Assembly: GCA_965287045.1 (NCBI GenBank)
Contig: OZ336870.1
Span: forward strand, 15,190,001 to 15,254,000
Source: Carcharhinus amblyrhynchos
Lineage: Eukaryota
Direction: 5' to 3'
DNA: 64,000 nt
In this document: positions 61,726 through 64,000 of the stretch, in pieces
How the letters are laid out: every line of letters begins with the position of its first letter
Position numbering within the stretch: the stretch's first letter is position 1
Program-made: the position numbers and the translations under genes
The notes under the pieces: generated by a model
The model's input: the letters and a program-made list of their open reading frames with translations, nothing else
The model's database searches: none
What the model was told of the DNA's origin: nothing

Positions 61726-62715
61726 CAAACATGATGATTCCCCTCAGAAGAAACACAGAAACTAAAGTCTTCAAAGCAAACTAGGAATCATTGAACGTCA
61801 AGAGGAATCAGCAAAAAGAAGTAAACCTCTAGAGAACATATTAAAAACGAAATGAAATGATGACACTTGGAGAATAAAGAAGTTACAAAAGAAGTTATAA
61901 AACGAAGTTAAGGAGACAATGTAGAATGTACTGAACTCTATGAAAAGCAACAGAAAATGAGAACAAGTCCAGTGAAAAGTTGAATCAGGAAAATAAGAGC
62001 TTGTACAAGGGAAGCTTGGCAATGAAAAATTGCTTGATGAGATAAAATGATTGAAATTGATGGCAGAATCAGTTATTCAGACAGAGAAACTGCGATTATG
62101 CGCCCGAACAGGATTGCTGAAATGGTCACACCAATAGAAAAGCACAAGAATGAATCTGATAAAATGGTCAACAATAAAGGTGCTGAATTGAAATGCTGGA
62201 ATGAGAAGAAACTTTGTCACACCACCTAAGTATAGAGTGCCACGATCATCCCTTTACACATGACAGACGAAGATTGTGAAACAACTGTCAAGACATAAGA
62301 CCTTTGTTATATTGTGATGATATGTCCCTGTACACATTATAATGTCAGCGACTTGGCAGAGCAAGAGCCACTGTGGAACTGGGGAGTCGTGCCATCCACG
62401 TTGATTTATATACAGTACATAGTTAAAGCCTACCAATAAAAGCGTATATGTTTAAAAACACATGCTTCAGGATCTTATCAATGAGCCATCACCACTGCAA
62501 TAATAAAAAATTAAATACATAACATGACATAGTGTCATTGTTTGAAACTTTGATAACAGATCAAATTAGATCCCTGGAATTACTGTCTCTGAGACCGGAA
62601 CCCATCGTGCCAAGTAAATATGGAGGGACAGATTGTTCGTAAACACGTGGACCACTTGAGATGCTCCAGCAGTCAGTGTTGCCATTAGAAATGTTTTTGA
62701 ACCCATAAGCACTGG

Positions 62716-62774
62716 AGTACCTAATTGATCTGTTATAAACATAACTGATGTCTATAACAGATCAATCAGGTACT
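62716..62774. repeat. 59-nt hairpin/inverted repeat (27-bp arms, 2 mismatches, 5-nt loop)
   Basis: agtacctaattgatctgttataaacat-aactg-atgtctataacagatcaatcaggtact. Confidence 0.88.
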
Positions 62775-62776
62775 TT

Positions 62777-63830
62777 ATAGGAGACAGAGGGTGGTGGTGG
62801 ATGGTAAATATTCATCATGGAGTGCAGTTACGAGTGGTGTGCCTCAGGGATCTGTTTTGGGGCCACTGTTGTTTGTAATTTTTATTAATGATCTGGATGA
62901 GGGTATAGTTGGGTGGATTAGTAAATTTGCTGATGACACCAAAGTTGGAGGTGTGGTAGATTGTGAGGAAGGGTGTCATAGTCTGCAGGGAGACTTAGAT
63001 AGGTTGCAGAGCTGGGCCGAGAGGTGGCGGATGGAATTTAATGCGGAGAAGTGTGAGGTAATTCACTTTGGTAGGAGCAACAGATGTGTCGAGTATAGGG
63101 CTAACGGGAGGACTTTGAATAGTGTGGATGAACAGAGGGATCTAGGTGTGTGTGTACATAGATCCCTGAAAGTTGGGAATCAAGTAGATAAGGTTGTCAA
63201 GAAGGCGTACGGTGTCTTGGCGTTTATTGGTAGGGGGATTGAATTTAGGAGTCGCAGTGTAATGTTGCAACTGTACACTACTCTAGTGCGGCCGCACTTG
63301 GAGTACTGTGTGCAGTTCTGGTCCCCGCATTACAAGAAGGATGTGGAGGCGTTGGAGAGGGTGCAGAGGAGGTTTACTAGGATGTTGCCTGGTATGGTGG
63401 GGAGGTCCTATGAGGAGAGACTGAGGGATCTAGGGTTGTTTTCGTTGGAAAGAAGGCGGCTAAGAGGGGATCTTATTGAAACATATAAGATGATTAGAGG
63501 TTTAGATAGGGTGGATAGTGATAGCCTTTTTCCTCGGATGGAGAAAGCTAGCACGAGGGGGCATGGCTTTAAATTAAGGGGGGGTAGCTACAGGACGGAT
63601 GTCAGGGGTAGGTTCTTTACCCAGCGGGTGGTGAGGGATTGGAATGCCCTGCCTGCTGCAGTTGTAAATGCGTCTAGTTTGGGGGCGTTTAAGAGATCTC
63701 TGGATAGGTTTATGGACGAAAAGGGATTGGTATAGGCTAGTGGGTCATTGTTTTTGTAACTGGTCGGCGCAACATCGTGGGCCGAAGGGCCTGTTCTGCG
63801 CTGTAATGTTCTATGTTCTATGTTCTATGT
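62777..63830 (+). mobile_element. Young 5'-truncated CR1 LINE with uninterrupted 314-codon ORF2 C-terminus
   Basis: GVPQGSVLGP, FADDTK, LVRPHLEYCVQFWSPHY to stop; (TTCTATG)n tail; candidate TSD tttata at 62774-62779 and 63830-63835; near-identical to 35544-36600. Confidence 0.95.
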
Positions 63831-64000
63831 TTATACAATGAAGATTGTATAAAGGAGTGAAAGAGGAAGGGATGTGGTGATTGTTTAAGAACAATACAGC
63901 AGAGTAAGGGCCACCTGGCCTAGGTGACTGATTAGGATGCAGAGTGGGTTATCACTCCAGGGGATAAACTCCTCTCAAGCAGAAGACGTATTGGGAACTG

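Noticed and set aside
61730-62240. A-rich stretch with short ORFs, possibly a LINE ORF1 remnant or hidden exon
   Set aside because: No recognisable motif; does not encode the expected next ATRN peptide (IAFSQH...); many stops.
62791-63735. Functional or domesticated reverse transcriptase gene (also 35637-36910 and 23316-24077)
   Set aside because: 5'-truncated, no endonuclease or true start, ends in the CR1 tail; open frames are explained by young age.

Overview
Eukaryotic, repeat-rich vertebrate DNA, most likely a shark (cartilaginous fish) judging from HE1/V-SINEs and their CR1-type partner LINEs. The whole window lies inside one + strand gene, attractin (ATRN). I traced 15 consecutive GT-AG coding exons (437-60320; 2149 nt, about 716 codons, all splice phases compatible) encoding the last Kelch repeats, PSI domains, C-type lectin domain, laminin-type EGF repeats and the membrane-proximal ectodomain ending NFTWPIKIQ. 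The 5' exons and the transmembrane/cytoplasmic exons are outside the window. Introns hold several CR1 subfamilies (three young copies with long open RT frames), Rex1/Babar, L2, a second CR1/L2-group LINE, V-SINEs with two different 3' tails, Penelope-like remnants and a Gypsy integrase fossil. Best second-look items: a back-to-back pair of minimal hammerhead ribozyme motifs (25876-25981); an open read-through from the last ectodomain exon into a CR1 RT fragment at the same junction where human ATRN makes its LINE-1-derived secreted isoform; two near-identical young CR1s in inverted orientation around seven exons; recurrent head-to-head retroposon tail pairs; a 27-bp-stem hairpin at a CR1 5' junction; and a minisatellite born from an integrase catalytic motif. 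Exon coordinates were read base by base; repeat boundaries are approximate and family names come from motif recognition, not a database search.
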